Positions 18,213-26,460 of a stretch of 49,271 nucleotides of DNA are shown piece after piece (position 1 is the first letter of the stretch; the number at the start of each line of letters is the position of its first letter). The stretch spans positions 1 to 49,271 of the forward strand of contig JACQSK010000002.1 of NCBI GenBank assembly GCA_016205975.1. The letters run 5' to 3'. This stretch comes from Candidatus Uhrbacteria bacterium. GTDB lineage: Bacteria > Patescibacteriota > Patescibacteriia > UBA9934 > GWF2-40-263. The translations under genes were made by a program, and so were the position numbers. Below the pieces are notes generated by a model. The model was not told the origin of the DNA and did not search any database. It was given only the letters and a program-made list of their open reading frames with translations.

Positions 18213-18476
18213 TTATCGCAATTCGAGTTCTTTCTTGAGCTTCTCAAAAGCGCCCGCGTCTTCTCGCTCCAGGTACTTGGTGAGCCGTCGGCGCTCGTTG
18301 ACTTTATTGATGAGGCCGCGGCGGGAGGAGTTGTCTTTTTTGTGCTCTTTCAAGTGCTTGGTGAGGTCCTCGATCTCGGCGGTCAAAATGGCGATCTGGA
18401 CCTGCGGGGAACCAGTGTCGGAATCGTGCGTGCGGAACTTCTTAATGATGTTCTGCTTTTTCTGGACGTTGAGCAT
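18213..18476 (-). CDS. rpsO: 30S ribosomal protein S15
   Basis: MLNVQKKQNIIKKFRTHDSDTGSPQVQIAILT...HKKDNSSRRGL aligns end to end with bacterial S15 (87 aa). The upstream ATGs in the track ORF would add a non-homologous extension. Confidence 0.95.
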   Translation of the reverse strand: MLNVQKKQNIIKKFRTHDSDTGSPQVQIAILTAEIEDLTKHLKEHKKDNSSRRGLINKVNERRRLTKYLEREDAGAFEKLKKELELR

Positions 18477-18640
18477 AGGGGAGCATTTCATGGGCGCGAT
18501 CCGAGTCATAGGAGCTCAAGCCCAGAACCCAGGTTGCGTCTGTTTAGTTGAATAACGGGTAGAGCGTAGCCTACGGAGCTGGTTTTCGTCAAGCCAGTCG
18601 GAGGCTTTGTTGCTGACACATGAGGTATACTGGAAGTCCT

Positions 18641-19858
18641 ATGCCCATAGCGCATCCCAATCAGACGTATCCCTTTCGCCAGCATCGCTACAGCCTCGCC
18701 CACGGCGCAGCGCTGCCGGCCCTGGCCTCGAATCGCCTCCTGTCCTTTGCGGCCTCATCGATCGTCGGCGTGTTCTTGCCTATTTTTTTGTACGAGTTTT
18801 TTGATCTCTCCGTGACGGCCGTGCTTCTATGGTATGCGGTCAACTTCGCGGTGAAGTTTCCCTTCCAGGTCTGGGCCGCGCAGATTTTTTCGCGTACGGG
18901 TCTTGTCGCCAGCATGGTGCTAGGCACGCTTGGCATCATGCTTTTCTACTGGACGTTCTATCTTCTGGATGCCGGCAGTCAGCTTAACCCGTATCTCTTG
19001 ATGGCCTTGGGCATCGTGGGGCTCATGGTCGTCTCCTGTTTTTACTGGGCGCCTTTCCACATCGATTATGCGCAGCTTGGTCCCAAGCAGGCACGAGGCG
19101 CCTACCTCGCGCGTCTCTATGCGCTCCAGCAGATCATTCTCGTTGCGGCTCCTGTCCTGGCGGGTTGGGTGATTGTGACGCAGGGTTTCCGTGTGAATTT
19201 TTTTCTGGGTCTCGTGATCGCCGGGGCCTCCATCGTTCCCCTTTTCTTTCTGCCGACGGTGAAGGTGAAGTACGAGTTCGGGTTCTGGGAGAGTTTTCAA
19301 AAACTTTTTGGGAAACGTTTTCGCCCCATGACCGTGTCGATGGTGGCCTACGGTGCGGAGAACATCGTTGGCGTCGTGGTCTGGCCGATTTTTCTCTATG
19401 CGATTTTCCAAGGCGCTTACCTTGAGATCGGGGCGTTTGCGGCGGCTATCGTCGTGATCGGGCTCGTCCTTGAGCTTTTCGTCGGACGCGAGACCGACCG
19501 TTTCTCTCCGGCTAAGCTGATCAAATACGGCGCAGGCATTTATGCGCTGGGATGGGTGTGGAAGGGATTGGTCGAGACCGTCGTGGGCGTTTTTGCCGCT
19601 TCCACCTTCCACAACGTCGGCGCCATTTTGTTGCGCACGCCCGTGGATACGCTCATGTACGAACAGGCTGCCGACTCAGGTCACTACATTGATGAGTATA
19701 CGGTCCTGCGCGAGATTGCGCTGGGGATCGGACGCGTGCTCATGCTCTTGTTCCTGGTTGCCGTGACGAGCGTCTTCTCGATCGGCGCTTCCTTCTTCGT
19801 CGCGGCCATCGTATCGTTGGGAGTCAACTGGCTGGTTGATTATCAGGCGGAAGAATAA
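18641..19858 (+). CDS. polytopic membrane transporter, MFS-like
   Basis: 405 aa with about 12 hydrophobic segments. The track start (18620) lies inside a TATACT -10-like box, so ATG 18641 is preferred. The MFS call rests on topology only. Confidence 0.6.
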   Translation: MPIAHPNQTYPFRQHRYSLAHGAALPALASNRLLSFAASSIVGVFLPIFLYEFFDLSVTAVLLWYAVNFAVKFPFQVWAAQIFSRTGLVASMVLGTLGIMLFYWTFYLLDAGSQLNPYLLMALGIVGLMVVSCFYWAPFHIDYAQLGPKQARGAYLARLYALQQIILVAAPVLAGWVIVTQGFRVNFFLGLVIAGASIVPLFFLPTVKVKYEFGFWESFQKLFGKRFRPMTVSMVAYGAENIVGVVVWPIFLYAIFQGAYLEIGAFAAAIVVIGLVLELFVGRETDRFSPAKLIKYGAGIYALGWVWKGLVETVVGVFAASTFHNVGAILLRTPVDTLMYEQAADSGHYIDEYTVLREIALGIGRVLMLLFLVAVTSVFSIGASFFVAAIVSLGVNWLVDYQAEE

Positions 19859-19861
19859 AAA

Positions 19862-19885
19862 ACAGACCTCGTGCACGAGGTCTGT
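19862..19885. terminator. bidirectional intrinsic terminator
   Basis: Perfect 10-bp stem ACAGACCTCG / CGAGGTCTGT with loop TGCA, flanked by A6 on the left and T7 on the right. It lies between convergent genes. Confidence 0.85.
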
Positions 19886-19897
19886 TTTTTTGTTTCC

Positions 19898-20680
19898 CTA
19901 CTCGAGCGCGGCGTCGATGGCGGCGGCGACGGATTCAAATGGAAGGGCGCCTTTGATCGGGGTCGCGTTGCCATCTGCGTCGATCACGAAGGATCCTGGC
20001 GTTCCGCTCACGCCGGCCGCGGCGCCTTCCTGGGCTTGTGTTTGGATTTTATCCGCGTATTTTTCTGAGGTGTAACAGTCGCTGAAAGAGGAGACATTGA
20101 GTCCAAGGTCGGTCGCCAACTGCGTGTAGAGCGCGTCTCCCAAGGTGTCGCGGTTCTCAAAAAGTTTGTCGGCGAACTCCCAGTACTTGCCCTGTTCGGC
20201 CGCGCACTCAGCCGCAAGCGCGGCGGGCGTGGCGTTGGGGTGGAAGGACAGCGGGAAGCTGCGCAGGACCCAGCGCACCTTGCCCTCGTAGGCCGCCATG
20301 ACCTGTTGCATGGTTGGGTGGAAGCGCTGGCAGTAGGGGCACTCGAAGTCGGAGTACTCGATGATGGTCACCGGCGCGTTCACGTCCCCGCGAATGTGGT
20401 CGTCGGCGGTAACGACAGGGACGCCCGTGGCTGCGGCGGGCTGCGCATCTGCGGCGGCAGCTTTGACCGGCGCAGCGGCTTTCTCATCCCCGCTCACCAC
20501 AGCCAACCCATCGGCGGAGCAGTTGCCGTTTAACAGACAGCTACCCAAGACGACGAATCCCAGCGTGCCGAGCGTGAGAATCGCGGCGACAAATCCGAGC
20601 CAGAACGCCTGGCGGGAAGGGAGAACGTCAAAGAAAGTTTTGGCGTGAGGGTGTTCGTGTGGGTGAGTATCCATGTCCAT
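19898..20680 (-). CDS. DsbA-family thiol:disulfide oxidoreductase, membrane-anchored
   Basis: Thioredoxin-fold CPYC motif (YSDFECPYCQRFHP), an N-terminal TM anchor, an Ala-rich linker and a His-rich extreme N-terminus (MDMDTHPHEHPH). Confidence 0.85.
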   Translation of the reverse strand: MDMDTHPHEHPHAKTFFDVLPSRQAFWLGFVAAILTLGTLGFVVLGSCLLNGNCSADGLAVVSGDEKAAAPVKAAAADAQPAAATGVPVVTADDHIRGDVNAPVTIIEYSDFECPYCQRFHPTMQQVMAAYEGKVRWVLRSFPLSFHPNATPAALAAECAAEQGKYWEFADKLFENRDTLGDALYTQLATDLGLNVSSFSDCYTSEKYADKIQTQAQEGAAAGVSGTPGSFVIDADGNATPIKGALPFESVAAAIDAALE

Positions 20681-20737
20681 AGAGTGTTGAGTTATTTTTT
20701 ACCGATTCATCCTATCATAGGGGTAAAATTAATGCGA

Positions 20738-20746
20738 TGCTATACT
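20738..20746 (+). promoter_or_regulatory. extended -10 element TGCTATACT
   Basis: TGnTATACT ends 9 nt before the recombinase ATG (20756), which implies a very short leader. The same 9-mer recurs upstream of rmuC. Confidence 0.4.
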
Positions 20747-20755
20747 TGTGGGCGT

Positions 20756-21700
20756 ATGGGAAGGACGTTGGATGCCTACATCACAGATTTTTTGGAGTAT
20801 CTGGAGGTCGAGCGCGGCAGGTCGCAGATGACGATCCGCAATTATGATTTTTATTTAAGGAGGTTTGCTCAGTGGGCCAAGGGACCCGCGCCAGAGAAGG
20901 TCACCGATGAGATGGTGCACAAGTATCGGCTGTGGCTCAACCGCCTGGAGCAAGGTCGGCAGGCCTCGACCCTCAAGAAAAGCACGCAAAATTATCATCT
21001 GATCGCTCTGCGCACGTTTTTGAAATACCTCGCCCGCATTGACGTTTCATCGCTGTCGCCCGAAAAGATCGAGCTGGCCAAACAAGAAATGCGTCAGGTG
21101 GAGTTCCTCGAGGCTGAAGAGCTGGATCGGCTGCTTGCGGTGACGCAAAAAAGTAAAGAGGTGCCTGCCCTGCGGGATCGTGCGATTCTCGAGCTTCTTT
21201 TTTCCACCGGCTTGCGCGTGAGCGAGCTGACGCATCTTTCAATCGAGAACGTGAACTTGAAGCGCGACGAGTTTACCGTGCGCGGCAAGGGCGGGAAGTT
21301 GCGCGTCGTGTTTCTCTCCTCCACGGCCAAGGACGCCCTGAAAGCCTACCTCGCCGCGCGCCGCGACGCCTCGCCCTTTTTGTTCGTCTCCCACGATCGC
21401 GCGCACGCGACCAGAGCAGGCCTCACCCCGCGCTCGGTCCAGCGCATCGTCGAGCGCTATGCCAAGGAGGCCGGCATCACCAAACACATCACGCCGCACA
21501 CGCTGCGCCACACCTTCGCCACCGACCTCCTTATCTCTGGCGCCGATATCCGCAGCGTGCAGTCGCTTCTGGGCCACGCTTCCATCACCACTACGCAGAT
21601 TTACACGCACGTCACCAATAGCCAGATGAAAGAGGTGCACAAGAAGTTTCATGGGAAGAGTCGGGGTCGCGCGCAGACACGGGATGTAGCAAGGACGTGA
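20756..21700 (+). CDS. tyrosine site-specific recombinase, XerC/XerD-like
   Basis: Core-binding N-domain (FLEYLEVERGRSQMTIRNY). Catalytic residues are seen in GLRVSEL, GKGGKLRVV, HTLRHTFAT and GHASITTTQIYTHV. 314 aa from ATG 20756. Confidence 0.9.
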   Translation: MGRTLDAYITDFLEYLEVERGRSQMTIRNYDFYLRRFAQWAKGPAPEKVTDEMVHKYRLWLNRLEQGRQASTLKKSTQNYHLIALRTFLKYLARIDVSSLSPEKIELAKQEMRQVEFLEAEELDRLLAVTQKSKEVPALRDRAILELLFSTGLRVSELTHLSIENVNLKRDEFTVRGKGGKLRVVFLSSTAKDALKAYLAARRDASPFLFVSHDRAHATRAGLTPRSVQRIVERYAKEAGITKHITPHTLRHTFATDLLISGADIRSVQSLLGHASITTTQIYTHVTNSQMKEVHKKFHGKSRGRAQTRDVART

Positions 21701-21739
21701 TATTTCCCGCTATGAGGAAAATATCACGTCCTTGCTACA
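21685..21739. repeat. perfect 21-bp inverted repeat with a 13-nt spacer, spanning the recombinase stop codon
   Basis: 21685-21705 pairs base for base with 21739-21719; all 21 pairs were checked by hand. The loop is CCCGCTATGAGGA. The left arm encodes the last 5 codons and the TGA of the recombinase. No U-tract follows. Confidence 0.9.
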
Positions 21740-21869
21740 CTTGAGCTCTCGTGTGTCAACGGGAAGTGAGATTTTCGACTTGAGCCGAGGGCAGGAGAGC
21801 TTGACGAAACCTCTCTTTTTGATTAGCGTTGCGTCAATCAGAGAGTCCTCTGGTTCGTTGATTTTCCCC

Positions 21870-22631
21870 ATGGAGGTCTCCGTGCCCGCTCTTGCTCCCG
21901 CCGCCGTGGCCGAAGTCTCGCGACCCATCCAAGTCCACGTCTACCCTCCGACGCCTGTCGAGACCAAGCCGTGTCTCCCCGAGGCGCTCGTGAACCTGTT
22001 CCTGCGCGAGCTCTCTACCGAACCGCACAAGAATGGCTTCCTGTGCGATACCTGTGGTTGTCCCTACAACCTCACGGTCATGGATGGCAAGTCTTGCACC
22101 AACCTGACTGGGGCGCGAGGAAATCATCGTTGCCACGGTACGATCACTCTTCGATGGACGAAGGAGAAAGCGCACGATGAACTTCTGCGCCTCATGACTC
22201 AGGGTGGCGTCGCCGTTGCCTGGGAGCTTGCGGAGCCACCCGTTCCTGTGGGGCTGATGGTGTGCGAAGCGCACCGCTCCGATTCCCTGCCCGTAGCGAT
22301 CGACTTCCAGATGGGTACGCTCGAGTCTATCTACTGGAATCTCGGACGCAAGGAGCCGTTCCTGGTCGTCACACACGTGTGGCTCGACCGAGTCGTCCAG
22401 TCCCAGGAGGTTCTGCTCATGCGCAAGCTCCTGGAAGGAGCTGCGGAAGACGTGATGCACAGTCAAGGCCTCACGGATGCCATCGTCCTGGTCCCTGTCT
22501 CGTCCCGCGATACGGAGTTGCGCCGCCAGCCGCTCGCTCAGATGACCGAAGGCAAGCACCAGGTGCTCGCTCGCGACGCGCGCGCGAGCCGTGAACGCGA
22601 ACTCTGGGGCTTCAAGCTTCGCACCCACTAG
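21870..22631 (+). CDS. hypothetical protein with a Cys/His cluster (253 aa)
   Basis: The plus-frame product looks protein-like and carries CDTCGCPYN...C...HRCHG. The fully overlapping minus ORF is Arg-rich shadow. There is no clear SD at ATG 21870, so the start is uncertain. Confidence 0.5.
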   Translation: MEVSVPALAPAAVAEVSRPIQVHVYPPTPVETKPCLPEALVNLFLRELSTEPHKNGFLCDTCGCPYNLTVMDGKSCTNLTGARGNHRCHGTITLRWTKEKAHDELLRLMTQGGVAVAWELAEPPVPVGLMVCEAHRSDSLPVAIDFQMGTLESIYWNLGRKEPFLVVTHVWLDRVVQSQEVLLMRKLLEGAAEDVMHSQGLTDAIVLVPVSSRDTELRRQPLAQMTEGKHQVLARDARASRERELWGFKLRTH

Positions 22632-22691
22632 CGCTCCGTCTCGTGTCGGACGCTTTTTCTTTTTCTTGTCCTTCGCTATCATACCGATCAT

Positions 22692-22766
22692 GCCCTTGTA
22701 GCTTAATGGATAAAGCAGGACTCTTCTAAGGTCTTGATGCAGGTTCGATTCCTGCCGAGGGCACCA
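22692..22766 (+). tRNA. tRNA-Arg (anticodon TCT), CCA encoded
   Basis: Cloverleaf folded by hand: acceptor GCCCTTG/CGAGGGC, D stem GCTT/AAGC, anticodon loop CTTCTAA, T arm GCAGG-TTCGATT-CCTGC, discriminator A, then CCA. Confidence 0.9.
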
Positions 22767-22800
22767 TTCGACTTCGGCCAGAGGCTAGCCTGCGCTCATG

Positions 22801-22840
22801 GTCGTTGACCGTTCAATGAGAAAAAGTCGTTGACCATTCG
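22801..22840 (+). promoter_or_regulatory. two direct repeats GTCGTTGACC(G/A)TTC upstream of the hydrolase gene
   Basis: The copies at 22801-22815 and 22826-22840 match at 14/15 positions with a 25-nt period. Each contains the -35-like TTGACC. They lie 16 nt upstream of ATG 22856. Confidence 0.4.
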
Positions 22841-22855
22841 TTTAGGAAAAAAAAT

Positions 22856-23440
22856 ATGAAACGTATTTTTATTGTGCACGGTTGGGATGGGTATCCGGAG
22901 GAAGGGTGGTTCCCGTGGTTGAAGCGCGAGCTTGAGGCGCGGGGGTTTGAGGTGCAGGTGCCGCAGATGCCAGAGCCCGGGAGTCCCAGGATGAAGTATT
23001 GGGTCCCAGCGCTTGCACGGGCTGTCGGCGCGGCAGATGAACAGACGTTTTTTGTCGGACACTCTATGGGGTGCCAGACGATCGCGCGGTATCTCGCGTC
23101 GTTGCCGGAGGGTGTGCAGGTGGGCGGCGCGGTGTTCGTGGCGGGATTTTTTAAGAGGCTCACAAATTTGGAGGACGACGAAGAGGTGCAAGAGATCGCC
23201 CATGAGTGGCTCACCATACCTTTGAATCTCGCCGATGTTTTTTCGCATGTACGAAAAAGTGTCGCCATTTTTTCCGACGACGACCCGTACGTGCCGGTGG
23301 AAAATCAAGACGACTTCCGCGAGCAGATGCACGCCAAGATCGTGGTCGAGCACGGCATGGGCCACTTCAGCGGGAGCACAGGCACCGTCGAGCTGCCTGC
23401 GGCGCTTGAAGCGGTTGTGGGTCTCTCACAGGAGAAATAA
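22856..23440 (+). CDS. alpha/beta serine hydrolase, YdeN/RBBP9-like
   Basis: IFIVHGW, the nucleophile elbow GHSMG, and DDDPYVP...GHF, in a 194-aa protein typical of this small hydrolase family. Confidence 0.8.
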   Translation: MKRIFIVHGWDGYPEEGWFPWLKRELEARGFEVQVPQMPEPGSPRMKYWVPALARAVGAADEQTFFVGHSMGCQTIARYLASLPEGVQVGGAVFVAGFFKRLTNLEDDEEVQEIAHEWLTIPLNLADVFSHVRKSVAIFSDDDPYVPVENQDDFREQMHAKIVVEHGMGHFSGSTGTVELPAALEAVVGLSQEK

Positions 23441-23471
23441 AATCCGAGCTAAGACTGGCTCGGGAGCGTAC

Positions 23472-23993
23472 TCATTCGGGAAGACCGTGCAAGATGACAC
23501 CACCGAAGAAGCGATGGAAGAAGATTATAGACGTCGAGCCTGAACAGCGAATCGTCTCCTGTCCTTGGAAGTCGGTGATGTCTCCGTTCCAGGTACAGAC
23601 GTAGCGCCAGCCGGACTCTTCGTGAAGGCGAGGTCCACGCGGTTGGAACGCATGGGGCCTTCCTCCAGCCGTGAGTGCATCCTTGAGGAATCGGAAGCAG
23701 TCACGTGCAAGATCTGGATCTCGGTACCTTTCCCTCATTCCGCCGGCGTAGGACTGTGACCACACAGGAACATCGTTGTAGCATACAATCTCCTGTCCAG
23801 CAGAAGTCAGGAATCCCGTGTAGGAATCACGATAGAGCCACGACCCCTCGCGGTAGACGAGCTCTTTGAATCCAGGCGAGCGTTGTGTGTCGCGAGGAGG
23901 AACCGGCAGTCCATTGCCCGCGTAGGTCTGGAGCGTGGCTCGTCCGAGGAAACTGTTCAGGTCGCGAAGAAAGACAGGATCGAGAACGTTCAT
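23472..23993 (-). CDS. conserved hypothetical protein (resembles DUF5680)
   Basis: GAGGT lies 8 nt upstream of ATG 23993. YAGNG...GFKELVYREGSWLYRDSYTGF...GQEIV...VPVWSQSYAGG resembles my recollection of DUF5680. This is unverified. Confidence 0.55.
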   Translation of the reverse strand: MNVLDPVFLRDLNSFLGRATLQTYAGNGLPVPPRDTQRSPGFKELVYREGSWLYRDSYTGFLTSAGQEIVCYNDVPVWSQSYAGGMRERYRDPDLARDCFRFLKDALTAGGRPHAFQPRGPRLHEESGWRYVCTWNGDITDFQGQETIRCSGSTSIIFFHRFFGGVILHGLPE

Positions 23994-24031
23994 AGTGGAT
24001 ACCTCACTGGGGTCATTACCAGACCCGGGTC

Positions 24032-24060
24032 TTGTCTGTCAAGATAAAATTCGCTACACT
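24032..24060 (+). promoter_or_regulatory. candidate sigma70 promoter of tRNA-His
   Basis: TTGTCT (24032-24037), a 17-nt spacer and TACACT (24055-24060), ending 18 nt before the tRNA. Confidence 0.35.
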
Positions 24061-24078
24061 GCCCGCGCGAGAATTCAT

Positions 24079-24154
24079 GGCGGCTATAGCATAATGGTTA
24101 GTGCACTTGGTTGTGGTCCAAGCTATGAGGGTTCGATTCCCTCTAGCCGCCCCA
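24079..24154 (+). tRNA. tRNA-His (anticodon GTG) with encoded G-1 and CCA
   Basis: G-1 is opposite discriminator C73. Acceptor GCGGCTA/TAGCCGC, anticodon arm CTTGG-TTGTGGT-CCAAG, T arm GAGGG-TTCGATT-CCCTC, then CCA. Confidence 0.92.
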
Positions 24155-24160
24155 CGAAAA

Positions 24161-24187
24161 AACTCTCAGCGTTGCTGGGAGTTTTTT
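24161..24187 (+). terminator. intrinsic terminator after tRNA-His
   Basis: AACTCTCAGC / GCTGGGAGTT stem (10 pairs, one of them G.U) followed by TTTTGTTT. Confidence 0.7.
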
Positions 24188-24296
24188 GTTTCAGAGACCT
24201 CTGCAAGGGGACGCACGCCCCTAAAGGGGCTTTGAATTCAGTTTGTAGATCTCTCCTCAACTTTTGCCGGCGTTGGGATGCTATACTGAACTCACT

Positions 24297-24785
24297 ATGC
24301 GTAAAAAAATTTCTGTGCTTGCGGGCGGATGCTTTTGGGGAATGGAAGAGTTGTTCCGTCGTCTGCCCGGCGTGCTTGATACCGAGGTTGGATATACGGG
24401 CGGGGAGAATGACGCTCCTACCTACGGGAACCATCCAGGACACGCTGAGGCGCTTCAGGTGACCTACGACGCGGACGTGCTTTCGTATCAGGGTCTGCTT
24501 GATTTTTTCTTTCGTATCCATAACCCCACGACCCTCAACCGCCAAGGCCAGGACATCGGCACCTCCTACCGCTCGGCGATTTTTTACGCAGACGAGCAGG
24601 AGAAGCAGGAGGCCGAGGCGTTTATTGCACGCGTGAACGCATCGGGGCGCTGGAAGGATCCGGTCGCAACGACCCTTGAACCGCTCACGCGATTTTTTCC
24701 GGCGGAAGCAGAACACCAAGAGTATCTTCAACGCACCCCTCAGGGGTATACCTGTCACGCGATTCGCTTCGGGAGTTACCTTTAG
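24297..24785 (+). CDS. msrA: peptide methionine (S)-sulfoxide reductase
   Basis: GGCFWGMEELF active-site motif, then GYTGG and HNPTTLNRQG. 162 aa from ATG 24297. Confidence 0.93.
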   Translation: MRKKISVLAGGCFWGMEELFRRLPGVLDTEVGYTGGENDAPTYGNHPGHAEALQVTYDADVLSYQGLLDFFFRIHNPTTLNRQGQDIGTSYRSAIFYADEQEKQEAEAFIARVNASGRWKDPVATTLEPLTRFFPAEAEHQEYLQRTPQGYTCHAIRFGSYL

Positions 24786-24807
24786 ACATCCACCCACACT
24801 GCCCTAC

Positions 24808-24836
24808 TTGACCGCATTTTATCGTTGAGATACTAT
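24808..24836 (+). promoter_or_regulatory. candidate sigma70 promoter for the high-GC orphan gene
   Basis: TTGACC (24808-24813), a 17-nt spacer and TACTAT (24831-24836). Confidence 0.4.
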
Positions 24837-24909
24837 TGCGCGCGTTCGCTCAAAAGGGCGATCACTGTGCCGGTGCGGCCTCACCGGTGACCTGGCAATG
24901 AGGTACTCC

Positions 24910-25893
24910 ATGCATCGCATTCTCTCGATCCACATCCAGCGCTTCCGACTGGGCACCATGACCCTCCTGCTCGCCACCGGCTCGGCTTCCGACATCGCGT
25001 CCCACGTGCGGGACGAGATCGTGAACAAGGTGAACCTCGTCTCGGGCGGCGTGCGCCAGGACGGCGCGCGGGCGATGGTGCTCTACGTGGAGGACACGGG
25101 CGACACGGACAAGGCCAAGGCGACCGCGATTTCGAGCGACCTGGTCAAGGCGATCCTGAACGGCTACAACCAGGACACCTGGACCTTCTTCTCCGCCTTC
25201 GTGAGCCTCAAGGACGGCATCCAGGCCGCGATCGGCAGCTCGTCGATCAAGGACCAGGACGCGGTCCAGAGCTTCGCCAAGGACTTCGGCCGGGCGATTT
25301 TCCAGGACGACGGCCTCATGGATGGCACCAAGACCCTGTTCCTGTTCGCCCCCGACTCCGATCGCTACGTGATGGCGTTCAAGGGAAACGGGAAGACCAT
25401 CCTCGCGCAGCCCTACGGACCGAACCTCACCCGCTACACGTTCGCGGGCGCGAACCTCGTGGCGGCCAGGGCCCTCACGGGTGACATCGCGACGATGTCG
25501 TTCAAGAAGATCGAGGCCAAGCTCGAGGACAAGAAGGGCGAGGGGACCGACTGGGACAAGACGAGCCTGGGCAGCGTCCAGATCGACGACCTGTCCCTGG
25601 GCAACCTGATCGGCAAGAGTGCCTGGACCATCGTCGTGAGCGGCAAGTTCGGCAACATGCAGGCGCTGCAGACCCTCACCGTCACCAAGGACGGCGACAG
25701 CCTGCAGATCACCCGCCATCCGCCCATCGGCGTGGACGACATGGTGGCGAGCTACGGCTCCCCGATCCGCTCCGACGGGACGAGCGTCACGTTCGTGAAC
25801 CGCAACGGCGGCGCGAACTCCGTCACGCGCGTGCCCCTCTCGTCGCTCCCCAGCAAGGTGAAGAGCGCCTTCACCCACGGGGCCACGGTCTAG
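24910..25893 (+). CDS. hypothetical protein (327 aa), very high GC3
   Basis: ATG 24910 is preceded by GAGGT with a 5-nt spacer. Nearly every third codon position is G/C in the plus frame. Two hand-counted 60-nt lines give about 72% GC against 58-60% in pnp and polA. No family recognised. Confidence 0.6.
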   Translation: MHRILSIHIQRFRLGTMTLLLATGSASDIASHVRDEIVNKVNLVSGGVRQDGARAMVLYVEDTGDTDKAKATAISSDLVKAILNGYNQDTWTFFSAFVSLKDGIQAAIGSSSIKDQDAVQSFAKDFGRAIFQDDGLMDGTKTLFLFAPDSDRYVMAFKGNGKTILAQPYGPNLTRYTFAGANLVAARALTGDIATMSFKKIEAKLEDKKGEGTDWDKTSLGSVQIDDLSLGNLIGKSAWTIVVSGKFGNMQALQTLTVTKDGDSLQITRHPPIGVDDMVASYGSPIRSDGTSVTFVNRNGGANSVTRVPLSSLPSKVKSAFTHGATV

Positions 25894-25906
25894 TCGCACA
25901 GAGCTC

Positions 25907-25955
25907 CAGGCTACTCCCCGCGTCTCTCACGAGTATGAGACGCGGGTTTTTTGTT
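25907..25955 (+). terminator. 49-nt terminator module, copy A
   Basis: 10-bp stem CCCGCGTCTC / GAGACGCGGG (25917-25926 / 25937-25946), a 10-nt loop and T6. It matches 27065-27113 at 48/49 positions. Confidence 0.85.
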
Positions 25956-26081
25956 GGAGAGATTTGTGCGTAGGGGGGAGGTCGCTTGGTTGACAGGCAT
26001 GATTCTCTACGCTCTCTTGAGCGTCCACGTTCTTTTCATTTCTACTCGTCTGCCTAGCCGGTCTGTCTCAAGGAGTCGAAC

Positions 26082-26408
26082 ATGAAGTATACGGAACTCG
26101 AGCGGCTGGCGCGCGAGGAAGCGGCTAGAGTCCGTGGCACGCGCGTCGGGCGGCTCAAGAGGTTCGTCGTCGAGTCGATCCGTGAGGCGCGGGACAACCT
26201 CGAGGACTCTGGGAACTTTGGCTTCCCCTGTTTGCTCCCTGGTATCTCTGGGATTTTTTTGATCTTTTTGGAGGGAACGACTGGGATCTTATTCCCTGAG
26301 GACATGTCAGGCCGGCTTTTCTTGCTGGGACTAAGCCTTATCCTGGCAGGGTCTGCCCATTCCTTGGATTCCCGCGGCCGTGCGCGTCCGCAAGGAGATC
26401 TGGGGTAA
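26082..26408 (+). CDS. small membrane protein (108 aa)
   Basis: AAGGAG lies 7 nt upstream of ATG 26082. It has a charged N-terminal helix followed by two hydrophobic segments (CLLPGISGIFLIFL and RLFLLGLSLILAG). Confidence 0.5.
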   Translation: MKYTELERLAREEAARVRGTRVGRLKRFVVESIREARDNLEDSGNFGFPCLLPGISGIFLIFLEGTTGILFPEDMSGRLFLLGLSLILAGSAHSLDSRGRARPQGDLG

Positions 26409-26460
26409 GCCGGAGAAGGCGGTTGTCCAAAGTGTGCCGAGCGAGGTGGCCATTCCCCGC

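Noticed and set aside
20756-22766. A prophage or integrative element defined by the tyrosine recombinase next to a tRNA.
   Set aside because: The recombinase has the XerC/D-like two-domain layout. It lies upstream of the tRNA rather than downstream of its 3' end. Only one orphan gene intervenes and no phage or conjugation genes are present. Only the weaker att-remnant idea is kept, as a low-interest finding.
24862-25899. 345-aa minus-strand ORF fully antisense to the 24910-25893 gene. Similar long antisense ORFs occur at 21834-22691 (-), 9788-10702 (+), 47768-48823 (-), 6165-6890 (-), 27112-27870 (-) and 44236-45024 (-).
   Set aside because: These are shadow ORFs expected in high-GC coding DNA. 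Their products are Arg/Gly/His-rich and low-complexity. The G/C third-position periodicity and recognisable motifs are on the opposite strand.
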